A stretch of DNA of 62,846 nucleotides, the filler included, from an uncultured bacterium (GTDB taxonomy: Bacteria > AUK180), in the NCBI GenBank assembly GCA_937863565.1. It is 8 parts of 7 records of this genome, joined end to end, with 100 filler letters (N's around TTAATTAATTAA, not from the genome) between each part and the next. Parts side by side here need not be neighbours in the genome. Positions count along the whole stretch, not along the records: positions 8,549 to 30,585 come from CALMGJ010000006.1; 7 more parts are not named here. The stretch is one strand, 5' to 3'. The notes beneath the pieces were generated by a model. The model made no database searches. It saw nothing but the letters and a program-made list of their open reading frames with translations, and was not told where the DNA came from. Positions 8,549 through 21,128 of the stretch are shown one piece after another. Every line of letters begins with the position of its first letter. The stretch's first letter is position 1. The translations under genes and the position numbers were made by a program.

Positions 8549-11500
8549 CAACGAAGGTCCTAGCCTATACTCCCCCCGATGCGCTTGAGGCCGGTACATA
8601 TAAAGTCAAAGTAAAAGCAACGAATTCTTTTGTCGGTCATGATTATACGGATATTTATGAATGGGAATTCACCGTATCGAGCGTAAAGATCTCGCTCGAA
8701 TCCGACGGCTCCTATTTTGCCGGGGACACGGGGATCGCAAGGATAAAAATAGAAAAGGTCAATTCCAAAGATACGGCCTCCTATGTCTTGAAATGGCAGA
8801 CCAAAGAAGAAAGCTGGTTCATACCCGAAAAAACAGAAAGCGAGACATTCACCCTTTCGACGCTTCCCGTCGAGGATACCTGCGCGTTCCGGATATCGAA
8901 TCATCCCCGGACAGGGGACTATGCTGCAATATTCGGACTGCATTCAGGAGAATCAAGCATATGTGATACCAGGCCTTTATCGATAAATGTTAAAAAATCG
9001 TTCGAAATAACAACCGACAGAGAATGCGAGGAAGCGAATTACAGTGTCCGGGTCACTGTTAAAAATGTTTCAGATACGATTTTAAAGAATATCGTTTTAA
9101 ATATAGACGGATGTGATAATGCCCTTGTTTCTTCCTATACAAGATCATTGACATTTCCGGAATTGAAAAAGGATGCAACCGCGAAAGGCATGATCAAATA
9201 TGTTTTGAAAAGCGAAGTGACGGACCCGGACAATATTTCGGGGAATTTCACCATACATATATCAACAAGCGCTGTTGCGGAGAAATATGCCGTTTATGAA
9301 CAGGGAACGAATTTCAATACGGCAATGAAGAACACACATTTTCAAAGTTTGACTGTAACACCAATAAAAATGGCTTGCGATCTTAAGATCGAGCGGGAAG
9401 GATCATTTTCGATAGATCTTGTGACGCACTATCAGCTTGACAATGCCACGCTGAATACCCTTAAAGGATATACTTGCACACCCCATAGAACGGAAGATAA
9501 GATGCGCGGCGGGTATATATGGACATATAAGATCAGTAAGAACTACACTCAGGGATGCACCTTTGAACTAAGTGCGAGAAATGTCATAGGCGGATTCGAT
9601 AAATGTAAAATAAACATAGGAATACTCGTACCTGATTGTGATTACAATGTTCACCAAGATATAGACGGTGACGGAATGCCTGACGGCTGGGAGGACTTAT
9701 ACGGATTGGATAAAGAGACGAACGATGCGGGAGAGGATAAGGACGGTGACGGGCTCACTAATCTTGAAGAATATACAAACGAGGCCAACCCGACCCTGGA
9801 AGATACGGATAGTGACGGATTGAATGATTATGAAGAAGTCAAGGAAACGGGAACGGAAGTTAATAATGCAGACATAGATAATGATGGATTGAACGATTGG
9901 GAGGAAGTGAACGAGGGAAAAGATGGCTATAAAACATCGCCCGATCATGCGGATAGTGATGGTGACGAAATAATGGATGGAGAAGAGGCAACTTATAAAA
10001 CCAATCCGCGGAAAAGGGATACTGATGGTGACGGCTTTACTGACTACAAAGAGATAAAAATCTGTAAAACAGACCCTCTTGATCCGAATTCACCTCCGGC
10101 TCCCCCTAAACCCGGACTGTCAATAAAAATTGAACCGTGCAAGGTATGTTATACATTAACAATAATCAAGAATTGTAATATTCCGAAGCAGTATGCTGTT
10201 TGTGTGCCGGTTGCCGGATGCAAGGCATATCCAGACGAAGGAGAATCGGGACCGTGGGAAAGTGAATATACGATCAATAACTATGACCCCGAAGCGGAGA
10301 TAGGGGTTCTTGTGAACGGTTTTGCCGTTGGCTGGATAAAGATGCTGGATAAGATGGGAAAGAAGATGCAGCTTGTCTTCCCCGAGGAATATACCGATAT
10401 CACGAAAGAGAGCGAATTCGAAGGAATGAAAGTAATTATAATCCCTTCAGGCGGATTGGGAGGGCTTGCGGGAAGCGAAATGTTCAAGAACAAACTCAAT
10501 GATTTCGTCACCAAAGGGGGAGTGATAATTGCATTGACCCAACAATGGGGCTATGAATGGAATGCTCTTCCCGTGCCATTAAGCAATGGGAATATTACTC
10601 ACAATGTGGGCGGATACGGCTGGACGGAGGACCAGGCCTGTCATCTGCAGTCCTGTTATATCGATGAATTCCATCCGGCGGTCAGCGGACTATCGGAAAG
10701 CCGGCCGAACATAAACATAGACGGATATTTCACCACATATCCCGAATACGCCAATGTGATATTAAGAAGGAGCAAGAACCTTCAGCCCGCGCTTTTGACA
10801 TATGAATGCGGGGAAGGCGCCGTGCTAGCGGGGAGTTTATACAGTGATGCGGGGATATCGATGGGACAGTATACGGAAGATGAGAGGATACTGATGCGCG
10901 ACATACTGAACTGGGCTGAAGCGGAAAGCGCGGGAAAGGAAATAGAAAGGGCCGCGCAGAATTCCGGCATAAACCTCACCCTTGATATTACAAATTACGA
11001 TCTTTTCACTGATGCGGAATTTATTGAAGTATATCTTTCCGACCCCGACGGGAACATTATCGATACAAGGACCTATCCTTTGGGATTGGGACCTGAGGAA
11101 ACGGGAAGCATAAATATCGAGTATCCCGCACAGGAAAAGACAGGCATATACAGGGTCTCATATATACATTATAACTACGATGAAGAGATAAACGAGAGGG
11201 TGATCACAGGATATGAGGATAAGTCGGGATATTTCTCTGTGGATCAGAGCCTGGAACATATACCGGATACGGGGATATCGGCATGGATCACAACACCGTC
11301 TGAAACATTGTTCGAGAACAGCACAGTGACATTCTATCTTAATATAAAGAATAATGGAAATACGCCGAGGACGATATCTGCAGTTTGGGATTGGGTACAA
11401 AGCACACCTAACGCCTATGATACCATGAGAAATCTCGGAACTTATGAGATCTTCCCCGGCCAGTCAGAGATCATACCTATAAGAAAAACGAATATACTTG

Positions 11501-14500
11501 GCAGCGGTCGCGGATCATATTGGGAGATAAAATCCTATATTTATGAGAATGGAAATATTATTAAATACGCCAGTGAAGCAGGTAATGTTGTAAAAACATC
11601 GATCGCTTGTTCGGTAGTAACAGAGAAGAAAGAGTATGCTAAGAACGAAGAAGTTACCATCCAGGCTTCCCTGAACAATGCATCGTTTGAAAGTATCGGC
11701 ATGGAGGCCGTTCTGAGAGTATTCGATCCTTTGAACACCGTAGTCTGGGAAAGCACTGAACTCATTACGCTCTCCTCCGGTGAAACAAGGGCGCTCACGG
11801 GAACATACCATATTCCGGAGACGGCATTGCCCGGCGCATACAAGGTCACCTGCGAAGCGAGAAGGGACGGTGTGCTTGCAGGATTTACCGCTGGATATTT
11901 TAAAGTGAAACGCATAATGCTCTCTGCGGAATGCGTGATGCCGGATGTATTGAGAGAAGGCGAAATACATGAATTTGTCCTTAGCATTAAAAATAACGAC
12001 ACTATAATTTTCCGGAACGCAATGTGCAGCGTTAAGATCAGATCCCCCGAAGGGATCATCAGCGAATTCGAATATCCCATATCCGAGATCCTGCCCGGAG
12101 AAAGTTTTGATGAACCGTTTTCTGCGGATTTCGGCGTATTGCTTCCGGGCGAGTATGCGGTCGAATACGAAGTGAAGGATAACGGCATTAGCGTTCTGAA
12201 CGGGGAATTCGCGATCGAGAACAGGCCTGAGATGACTATTGCCTTCAGGAACGTCCCTTACAGAGCGGGTGCGTCTCTTGATATGGAAGTGAAGGTAGTG
12301 AACAGCGGAACTTTTGAATACGCGGATAAAACGCTTGAGATCACGATAGAAGGCCTCGGCGCATCGTATTCCTATCCGATCACGCTCTCTCCGAAGGGGA
12401 CCTCTGTGATCGCGCCGGATATCTTCATCCCTGCTGATGCACAGGCAAAGCAGTACTCGGTCAAAGCGGAGCTTGGCCTTTCAGACAAGATGGCCATCGA
12501 GAAGAATGGGGTATTCCAACTTGCCCCCGCATCTCTTGCGCTCATTACTGATACGGACATATTCGGCACATCCGAACCCTTGAATTTCCGGCTTTTCAAT
12601 GAAGGCGGAGTGGAAGAGATATATGATCTGTCCTACGGGATCTCGGATGTGATGACCGGGGGATACTTTTTGAAACTTCAAAGTCCGGATGAACGCTTCG
12701 GGGCGGGAGAGGAAAAATCCTACTCACTCGATATCACGGGCCTGAAAAGCGGGTATTACGGTCTTTTCGTTACCGGAACCCCGTATTTCAACGAGAACCC
12801 CGAGCAGGTAAAAAAGGATATCTATGTGAAGGGTCCCGATCTTATGCTCGCGACGAGTTCGGACAGGGATAACTATGCTCCGGGAGAAGATATAACTGTT
12901 GCAAGCGCGATAACGGTTCAGGGAACTTTCACGGGTTCGCTCGAAATGAAGATCACAAAGGATATCCGCTGGGACTACTATGTATCCCCCTCGGGCAGTG
13001 ACAGTTATCAGGGTACGATCCTCTATCCGTTCAAAACGATAGGGAAAGCATTGGCCGCGGCCGGCACATACAAGAATATCTATGTGTTCGAGGGCGAATA
13101 CAATGAATCGGCAGTCATTCCCGAAGGCATTTATCTGAAAGGCGCAGGTCCGGAAAAAACGGTGATCTCTTTAAGTTCGAGAATAGCCGGTCCGAAGAAT
13201 GTCACCGTTGAAGGGATAGGATTCAAGGGAACGCTCGGCATAAGGACGAACGGTGGAGTTTATGCGGAGAATATCACGGTCAGAAACTGTCTTTTCACCT
13301 GCCTGACCGGTTCGGGCGTACTTCTCGGAGACAGCAGCAATGCACTGAAGGGTACGGGTATAAGAATAATAAATAACAGGATCATGGGCGCCGTTAATAG
13401 TCAAAGCGGCATCATCTCGAAAAACTCTAATTGCGAACTGACGGGCCTTGAGATAACCGGGAATATGATAACTGGGACATCAAAAGATCAATACGGGATC
13501 GTTCTTTATCTGAAGACCGGAGCGGACCTTGCGATAGAAGGCAACACTGTTTCGGGCGACGGCATTTCCTCTGCACAGAACAACTGCGGAATAAAACTGA
13601 ACGCGAACAGGTTGAACGGCATAAGGATCGCCCTGAACGATATCTCCTCATTCGCGGGCGGGAATTCGGGCATAGTATTCGTTCCGCTCGGCTCCAATCC
13701 TGCATTTGCGGATATTGATATCTCGGGAAACCGGATCTCAGGCTTAAAGAAAGGCTCCAACGGCATTCTGTTCACGGCCTCCTCGGTGCCTGTCTCGGAG
13801 CTTTCCGTAGAAGAGAACATGCTCTCGGACTTGAACGGCGCAGGCAATAACGGAGTGATCCTTAAAACGAATTATATGAACGGGATAACCGTTAAGAACA
13901 ATGAGATAGCGGATATCTCCGGAAGCAGTCAGACGGGATATTGCGGAATTCTTCTTGATGCCACTTCAATGAACGGGATCGGAATTTCGAACAATCTGAT
14001 CCGTGATATCGAGATAACGGCAGGTTTCGGCGGTATGTTCGTCTTGAATTCAAGCGCATCGGTCTGCAGGGATGTTCTTATTTTAGAAAATACCTTCAAG
14101 AACATCTTCGGGCAGAACTGCGGACTGAAGTTACAGTACACATCAACGGCGGTCAATACTGTCATCTCGGGGAACTACTTCGAGAACATTCCCGATACCG
14201 GTATCGGCGCGGTGTCGCTCTACTATGCCAAGGGGGTTTCGATCAAGAACAATGTTATAAACGGCGCGAGAACCGGTATATCCCTTCCCGGATTGTCCAT
14301 TACCGGACTCAATGACAATATCTCGGATAATACCATTATGAATTGCGGCGCCGCGATAGCCGACCATTCGCAGGGAGGGAATATATTCAGGAACAATATC
14401 ATCATCGCCTCGGGAACGGGGATCTATTTCAAGGATCCCGAGAACGATTCGGATATCTCGTACAATGACCTTTTCGGGAACGGCGAGGATTATTCTGGTA

Positions 14501-17500
14501 CAACGGACAGGACCGGCCAAAACGGCAATATCTCGGAAGACCCTATGCTTTTCGGCATCTGGAAACTCTCCGGAGAATCGCCCTGCATCGGAACCGGTTT
14601 TGAAGGGTCGGATATCGGAGCTCTGAGTTTCGGCGATAATGCCACCCTCGGATACACTTCGTCATATTCCTTTATGCCTTATGAAAATGCTGCGGCGGAC
14701 GAAGGTACTTCGATCTGGAGCGAAAGGTATGAACTTGATATTACAGGCTCTTCGGATATTACGGACCTTATCGATATAACGCTTCCCGAAGGTCATTACG
14801 GAGTTACCGGGACGGTCAAGAACAGGTTCGGCCAGGTCATAGCGCTCTCTGAGGATCTGTTCTCCGTAAATTCCGGATTACCGCGCCTTGCGCTTACAAC
14901 GGAAAAGAAGGCCTATGCGAAGGGAGAGACCGCCGTGATAACTTTAACGGTGGAAAATAACGGAGATGAAGTCCTCAGCGGGCTGGACACGGTTATCATT
15001 GCCGCGGGAAGCGTTCAAAGAAAGGTCATCTTCTCGGAGCAGATCTCTCTCTTGCCTGGTGAAACGAAAAACATTAGTATGCATTATGCATCGGATGAAC
15101 CTTATATTCTTTATGCCGGGTGCGGGAATTCTTCGGTCCAGAAGAATGTCGATGTTTCTGTCCCCGCTCTTTCCGTTACGGTTCTCATCGACGGCATCAT
15201 CGGGAAGGAGAAGAAGGATTTCATTGCCGGTTTCCGCAATTCGTGCGGCACGGATATCTCGATCGATGCGGAATACTATATAAACGGCGACCCTTCCGTA
15301 CCATTAGGTTCTTTCACGGTGCCGGCATTCGGGAGCGTTTTGAGAGAGGGAGGTTTCGATGCAACGGATGACTTCACTATCGGCATTACGGTCACCGGCG
15401 ATGTGAATGACAGCATTTCCAAAAGGGTAATATACGGTGAAAAACCCGAGATCGCCTTCAACCCTCAGCCCGTTTACGGTGAAGGGCTCTGCATCCTTCC
15501 TTACACGGTTAAGAACGAAGGTCCGCTCGATTCGGCATTCGACCTTAATATTTTCCTTGACGGTGTTCTTTCGGAGACGCGGCATTGCCGGGCCATATCG
15601 GGTTCGGAAGCAACGGAAGAGATCGCATTCGATCTTTCAGAAGGAGATCATACTATATTCTATTCCTATTTCCGCGGAAGCGGGGAAGTTCTTCTGAAAG
15701 TAAGGAAAAAGAACAGAGCGGAAATAAAAGAGATAGCCGCCGTTAACGAGAACGGTCTGCCCTTATTAAAAGTGATCGTCGAAAATACCGGTTCGAATAT
15801 CTTCAAAGGGACATTGAATGTATCCGGGGATTTCATTTCTGCGGAGACGGACATAGAGATAGCGCCCGCGGATCTTCGGGAGATCATTTTCAATATCCCT
15901 GCCGTTCCCGAAGGTGCCTATGCAGTGAAATCGGAAGTTGTGCAAAATGGTCTTCTCATAGACGAAGAAGCGGCAACGGTTTCCTGCCGCGCATATTACG
16001 CCGTCGAAACAACTGAGGGACCAATCCTCGGGTCCGGGGGAGAAACGGTGAATCTGCCCATTGCCGTAAGGAATACGGGAACGGCATACGGAGAAGCCTC
16101 CCTCACCGTTAAAGGCGGCGAATTCCTAAATGCAGGGATCAACGGAACGCTAATGCCGGGAGAGAGCCGGGGAGAGACCTTCACGATCGCGCTTGGCGAC
16201 GATCTGAGGTCGGGAGAATATTTCATTCTTTGCGAGACCCGGGATGAAAGAAAAAAGATCACGCTTTCCGTGGAGGGGATAGATATCGGCGTTTCGGCCT
16301 CTCTTGACAGGACATCCTATCAGGTGAACGATACGGCCGTTTTCACCGTTGCGCTCATGAACAGAGGCGAAGAAGCGCAGGATATAAAGGCCGCGGTCAG
16401 ATTCGGAGGATATGAAAGGAACGATGCGGTGCATCTCGGGAGCGGGTCGGAAAGTGAAACGTCCCTGACCTATGAGATACCGGTTTCGGGGAGCGGGGAG
16501 AAGATCTTCCTTGGTATTTATGCACCGTCCGGAAGGTCGCTCTATCTCAACTCTTATTTTCTGAGAAGGACAGCGGAAGGTTTCGAAGTGAGCCTGGACA
16601 AGGATATCTATGATGAGGGCGATACCGCTTCTGTCACGATCGTCACTGAGTTCAGGGGCCGCCTTGACCACAGCGTATTCGATGAAGCCCTCCCGCCGCT
16701 TCTCATCACGGAGAATATAACGGGATCCGGGTTTCCCGTTCCGGAGGAGATGAACAAGGGTGATTACGGATATTATTTCACTTTCACGTCAACAGGCGAC
16801 GTTGAAAGATTGAACGCGTATATGTCGGGCCTCGAGAACAGCTCTACGATAATACCTCTTCTGAAGGGAGAAGGCAGTTTCGGTGCGATGACGGTGGAAA
16901 AAACGAAAGAGAGGGTGAACATTCGCGGGAAGAAGATCACTGTATGGAATATAGACTATGACAATATGCTCCCTGCCGAGACGGCCTCCGCCGGAAGCAA
17001 GTATACGAAAGAAGAGAAAGCTGCGATAATGGCCGAACTGAGAAAAATAACTAAGATTGTTAAAGTCCCCACGCCGCTTGAACGGAATATCTTAACGCGT
17101 GATGCGAACCTTCCCGGTGCAGATGAAATGTCCGAGGAGAATATAGTAGTGATCACGGGTTGTTATCCGTTCTCGGTGAAAGGATACGATGTGATCGTGA
17201 GGGAATGCTCCCTTGATAAGAACGCATACGGACCCTTCGAGAATATGCACGCGGCGATCTGGGCTGAATCGAACCGCGATTTCTACGGCTATGTCCAAGG
17301 CTGGATTAAGGACAAGAACGGCAATTATTTGGAATGCTTCAATTTCGAAAGGCATTTCAATGCGGGCTGGAACGACATTTCGATAGATACGGTCCAGGTC
17401 TCCGAAACGGGCGGCGTGAACTATTTCGTTTTCGGGATATTCAAGGAAAGGGCAGACGGCAGCATGATCACTTTGAGCGGCGGGATGGAATCGTTCGATA

Positions 17501-19089
17501 TCGGCATTCCCGACAGCGAACCTCCCGTGACGGAACTGACGGTCTCGGGCCCGTATTATGAAAACGCGGGATATGAATTCGTTTCATCCCTTACATCATT
17601 CGCGTTGAGCGCATATGATACAGGAGATCCCGCAAGCGGAGTGAAAACCTCATATTACCGTATAGACAATTCCGGATGGTTCGAGTACTCGGAACCATTC
17701 AAACTCTTCGGCGACGGTGAAAAGAACATAGAATATTATTCGGCCGATAATATCGGGAACATAGAGACGGTTAAAACCAAAAGCTTTTACAGCGACAATA
17801 CGCCTCCTGTTGCCGACATTTCTTTCGGTGGGCCGGCAACCGAATATTTCGGATTAATATGCATCGATGCCGGTACGGAAATAACGATGACCGCTGAAGA
17901 TCCCGCCTCAGCAAGCGCGGCAAGCGGAGTGAAGAAGATATACTATGCCCTAAACGGCGGTGATTATTCGGAATACACGGGACCATTCACACTCGCCTGC
18001 GGCACTTATACTATCAGCTGCAAAGCGGAAGATAATGTTGGGAATGCCGGGGAATGCAGGGAATTCACGGTGACGGCTATGCCTATTACGGAATATGCTG
18101 TCCAGGGTGGCCTCGTCACATTGGGCGGCAACGGACATGTGCTCGGGAACGCAAGGAGCAATTCAAGGATAGCGCTTTCCGGCAATGCGTTTATCGACGG
18201 TTCTTCATGGTCGGCGCTCGATACCGAGCTTGAAGGCAATGCTTATATTACTGGAGTGATCACAGAAAATGCGTTGAACATCTTCTGGAATGGTCTGTCG
18301 CTCGGGAAGATCGAAGAGGCGCTTGCAGAGGAGAATGATAACTGTCAGCTCGATAATTGTCCGTCCGAACTCGTCATCGACAGCGGAGAACTTATGCTCC
18401 CTGCGGGAAATTATCTTTTCTCCAAGATGGAAATAACGGGTAAAGCGAAACTCGTTTTCGAAGAAGGTGTGAACATCCTTCTCACCGGGCCAATGACGGT
18501 TGCCGGGCAGGCAGTCATAGAATACGCGGGAGATCCTATGAAGGCGGCCATATTCTCTACATCGGACGAGATGCTTGAGATCGCCGGGCAAGGGGTTTTT
18601 GCGGGATTCATCTATGCACCCGATACATCCGTTTATATAAGCGGGACAGGCTTGACTTTGGGCAATGTTTGGGCGGGCAATGTCACCGTTGAAGGCGGAA
18701 GCTGTATAAGAGGGTATGGATACAATTCCGGACAGCCGACTGTGCTTACCGCTAAAAGTCCATCATCAAAAGGTTCAGCCGTTGATAACAGGGCTTTAAA
18801 ACTCAATCCGTTGATGACCGTACCGAATCCTTCAAAGGGCCCGGGAAAACAGATGATCCGGATCGAAGCGAACAAAGCATCGAAAGTGCGGATGAGCATA
18901 TACAATATCGCGGGGGAGCTGATCTATACCGAAGAGAAGGAAGTTCCCTCGGGCGAGTGCGAATTCGTGTGGGATAAAAGGAACAATGCCGGAAAGAAAG
19001 TGCATTCGGGTATATACTTCATAAAAGTGGAGGCGGAAAGCAACGGTGAAAGAGCGTATCAAAACGGCAAGGCGGTGATAATAAACTGA
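8549..19089 (+). CDS. Giant (>3500 aa) secreted/surface protein with Ca-binding DxDxDG repeats, Ig/CARDB-like domains, a right-handed beta-helix and a FlgD/T9SS-type C-terminal domain; 5'-truncated
   Basis: Frame is open from the contig start (8551 TKVLAYTPPD...); DGDGMPDGWE/DSDGLND repeats; YVSPSGSD..GT..YPFKTIGKAL beta-helix entry; C-terminal PNPS...IYNIAGELI...WDKRN..G..SGIYFIKV. Confidence 0.85.
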
Positions 19090-19106
19090 TCTGTGGAGTG
19101 CGGTCT

Positions 19107-20375
19107 TTAAAGCAAGAAGAGCGGAAAATATACTATCTCGCATTTGTCTGACCGGAATGAACCAAGATTGCTCCTGTTGAGGATAAAGGCCTTAGCGGGA
19201 GAATACTTCTCAATAAAACTTCTCAGCGCCCTTGATATGTCACCGGTCCTGATATCAGAGGACTTCACTTCTACCGGTACAATACCGTGCTCTCCCGTCA
19301 ATACGAAATCCACTTCGGCTCCGCCTTTTGTCCTCCAGAAATTCACTTTTAATCCCGTCCCGCTCAGGTGATTTAAAGCAAACATCTCGGTGAGCTTCCC
19401 GATGTCATCCCGTCCGAGCGGTTTCAGATTGTTGAGAATAGCATTGCGGATGCCATTATCGGCGAAGTATATCTTTGATTGTTTCGTTATTTCTGACTCC
19501 TTATTCCGGCTGAAAGGAAAAATTTCATCGATTATGAATATCCCTTTCAAAAGCGAGATGTAATGCTCAACAGTATGTATGCTCGATGAAGCGATCCGTG
19601 CGAGATTCGTTTTACTTATCTCGTTGTTCACATTAGCGGCCAGGGCCAGCAATATCTTATTGAAACCTTCGATGCCCGATATCCTGGAGATGTCTTTTAT
19701 ATCCTTCTCGATATGTCCTGTTACGATCTCTGAGAGCCTTTTGCTTTTTTTTTCAATATCGACGGAAAAAACAATTCCGGGATAACCTCCGAACACAAGA
19801 TACTCCTCGAAAAGCGGGGAAAATTCCCCGAATACTCCGGTAGAATACGGCTTATCCGGAAGGGTATCGGACTCTAGGGCATCAATGAAACGCGGAAGAT
19901 TGCCGAATATCCGGCTCTTTTCTTTCGCTGCTAAGAATTCTCCGAAATTGAAAGGCTGCAGATGGAATGTGATCTTTCTTCCCGCAAGTGAGTCGGAAAA
20001 TTTTTTCCCGATATCAAGAGAAGAAGAGCCTGTAACCACGAGTTTGATCTCCGGATAATGGTCGTGGACCATTTTTAAGAGATTGGAAGGGTCATGTAAT
20101 TTCTGTATTTCATCAAGTACGAGTATGGTCCTTCTTTCGGGCGCGATGCCGTTTATCTTGAGATAATTGATAAGATCGTGAACGCCTTTGTTGGCAACCG
20201 CCCTAAACGCAATGTCCTCGAAATCTATATAGAAACTCTGAGCATCTTTGCTCTGTTCGAGTATATGCTTACACAATGTCGTTTTCCCGACTCGGCGTGC
20301 CCCGAGTATAACTATGATCTCCTTTTCGGACATCCACTTATCGATATTTGTCTCAATGTCCCTCTGAATGTACAT
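19107..20375 (-). CDS. AAA_14/DUF4143-type ATP-binding protein with C-terminal PD-(D/E)xK-like domain
   Basis: GARRVGKTT Walker A, LDEIQ Walker B, VTGSSS, FGGYP, KIYFADNG, EVDFV...PVEVKS; start at ATG 20375 behind a GAGGTG RBS. Confidence 0.9.
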   Translation of the reverse strand: MYIQRDIETNIDKWMSEKEIIVILGARRVGKTTLCKHILEQSKDAQSFYIDFEDIAFRAVANKGVHDLINYLKINGIAPERRTILVLDEIQKLHDPSNLLKMVHDHYPEIKLVVTGSSSLDIGKKFSDSLAGRKITFHLQPFNFGEFLAAKEKSRIFGNLPRFIDALESDTLPDKPYSTGVFGEFSPLFEEYLVFGGYPGIVFSVDIEKKSKRLSEIVTGHIEKDIKDISRISGIEGFNKILLALAANVNNEISKTNLARIASSSIHTVEHYISLLKGIFIIDEIFPFSRNKESEITKQSKIYFADNGIRNAILNNLKPLGRDDIGKLTEMFALNHLSGTGLKVNFWRTKGGAEVDFVLTGEHGIVPVEVKSSDIRTGDISRALRSFIEKYSPAKAFILNRSNLGSFRSDKCEIVYFPLFLL

Positions 20376-20394
20376 AAACACCTCTTTTGGATAT

Positions 20395-20510
20395 ATTATA
20401 GCAAAAAAATGCGGTTTTGTCAAGATAAAACTGCAAAATAGTAAGGCTAAACTGAAGGCAGACTGCAGTTTAGTAGGGTTAATATGCACTCAAACTGCAG
20501 AATAGTAAGG
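20395..20510 (-). promoter_or_regulatory. Consensus promoter for the ATPase, preceded by three direct repeats at 32-bp spacing
   Basis: TTGACA (20423-20418)-17-TATAAT (20400-20395); ACTGCAnnnTAGTARGG units with CTGCA at 20431, 20463 and 20495. Confidence 0.7.
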
Positions 20511-20575
20511 ATGAGATTTATAAATAGCGGAATATAGGGAAATGTATTTTGGCTGCCGGAAACACTCTGCTTACA

Positions 20576-20611
20576 ATTGCACGGTTTCGTAATTGAGAAA
20601 TCGTGCAACTG
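20576..20611. repeat. 36-bp palindromic direct repeat, copy 1
   Basis: ATTGCACGGTTTCGTAATTGAGAAATCGTGCAACTG, identical to 20995-21030. Confidence 0.95.
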
Positions 20612-20652
20612 TGAATATACATAAAAAAGAAGGAATATTGATGAATATTGTG

Positions 20653-20681
20653 TTGACACTATATGTATATGGCATTATAAT
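20653..20681 (+). promoter_or_regulatory. Consensus sigma70 promoter for the ArsR gene
   Basis: TTGACA-17-TATAAT. Confidence 0.75.
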
Positions 20682-20705
20682 AAATTAATTGAAAAGAGGG
20701 GAAAA

Positions 20706-20987
20706 ATGAAGGAAAAAGAAAAAAGGGTAGTGAGTATTTTCGAAGCTTTAGGTTCTCCCATACGCTATAAAATGATCAAACTCCTTGCCGACGGGGAAAT
20801 GTGCACGAGTAAATTGGCCGAAGCGCTTGGGAAGGATAAATCTACTGTTTCGAAACATCTGAAGATACTGAAAGACTTGGATATTGTGCGTTTTGTCACT
20901 AAAGAGAAATACGTTTATTATAGATTGAAAAAAAGCGATATCCTGAAACTTCTTGAATTTGCCGAAAAAATATTCGGCAGAGAATGA
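20706..20987 (+). CDS. ArsR/SmtB-family transcriptional regulator
   Basis: FEALGSPIRYKMIKLL...STVSKHLKILKD...YYRL winged helix. Confidence 0.92.
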   Translation: MKEKEKRVVSIFEALGSPIRYKMIKLLADGEMCTSKLAEALGKDKSTVSKHLKILKDLDIVRFVTKEKYVYYRLKKSDILKLLEFAEKIFGRE

Positions 20988-20994
20988 ATTCATG

Positions 20995-21030
20995 ATTGCA
21001 CGGTTTCGTAATTGAGAAATCGTGCAACTG
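20995..21030. repeat. 36-bp palindromic direct repeat, copy 2
   Basis: Identical to 20576-20611. Confidence 0.95.
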
Positions 21031-21128
21031 AGAAAAGGGCATGTATTCATTGAGAAAAACGGGGGAAAAAATTGCATATTTGGAGGAATTTGGTATAATT
21101 AGGCAAAATATGTGAGCGGAGAAGGAAA

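Noticed and set aside
20576-21030. Mini-CRISPR (36-bp palindromic repeats)
   Set aside because: Only two copies, separated by 383 bp containing a whole gene rather than a 30-40 bp spacer.
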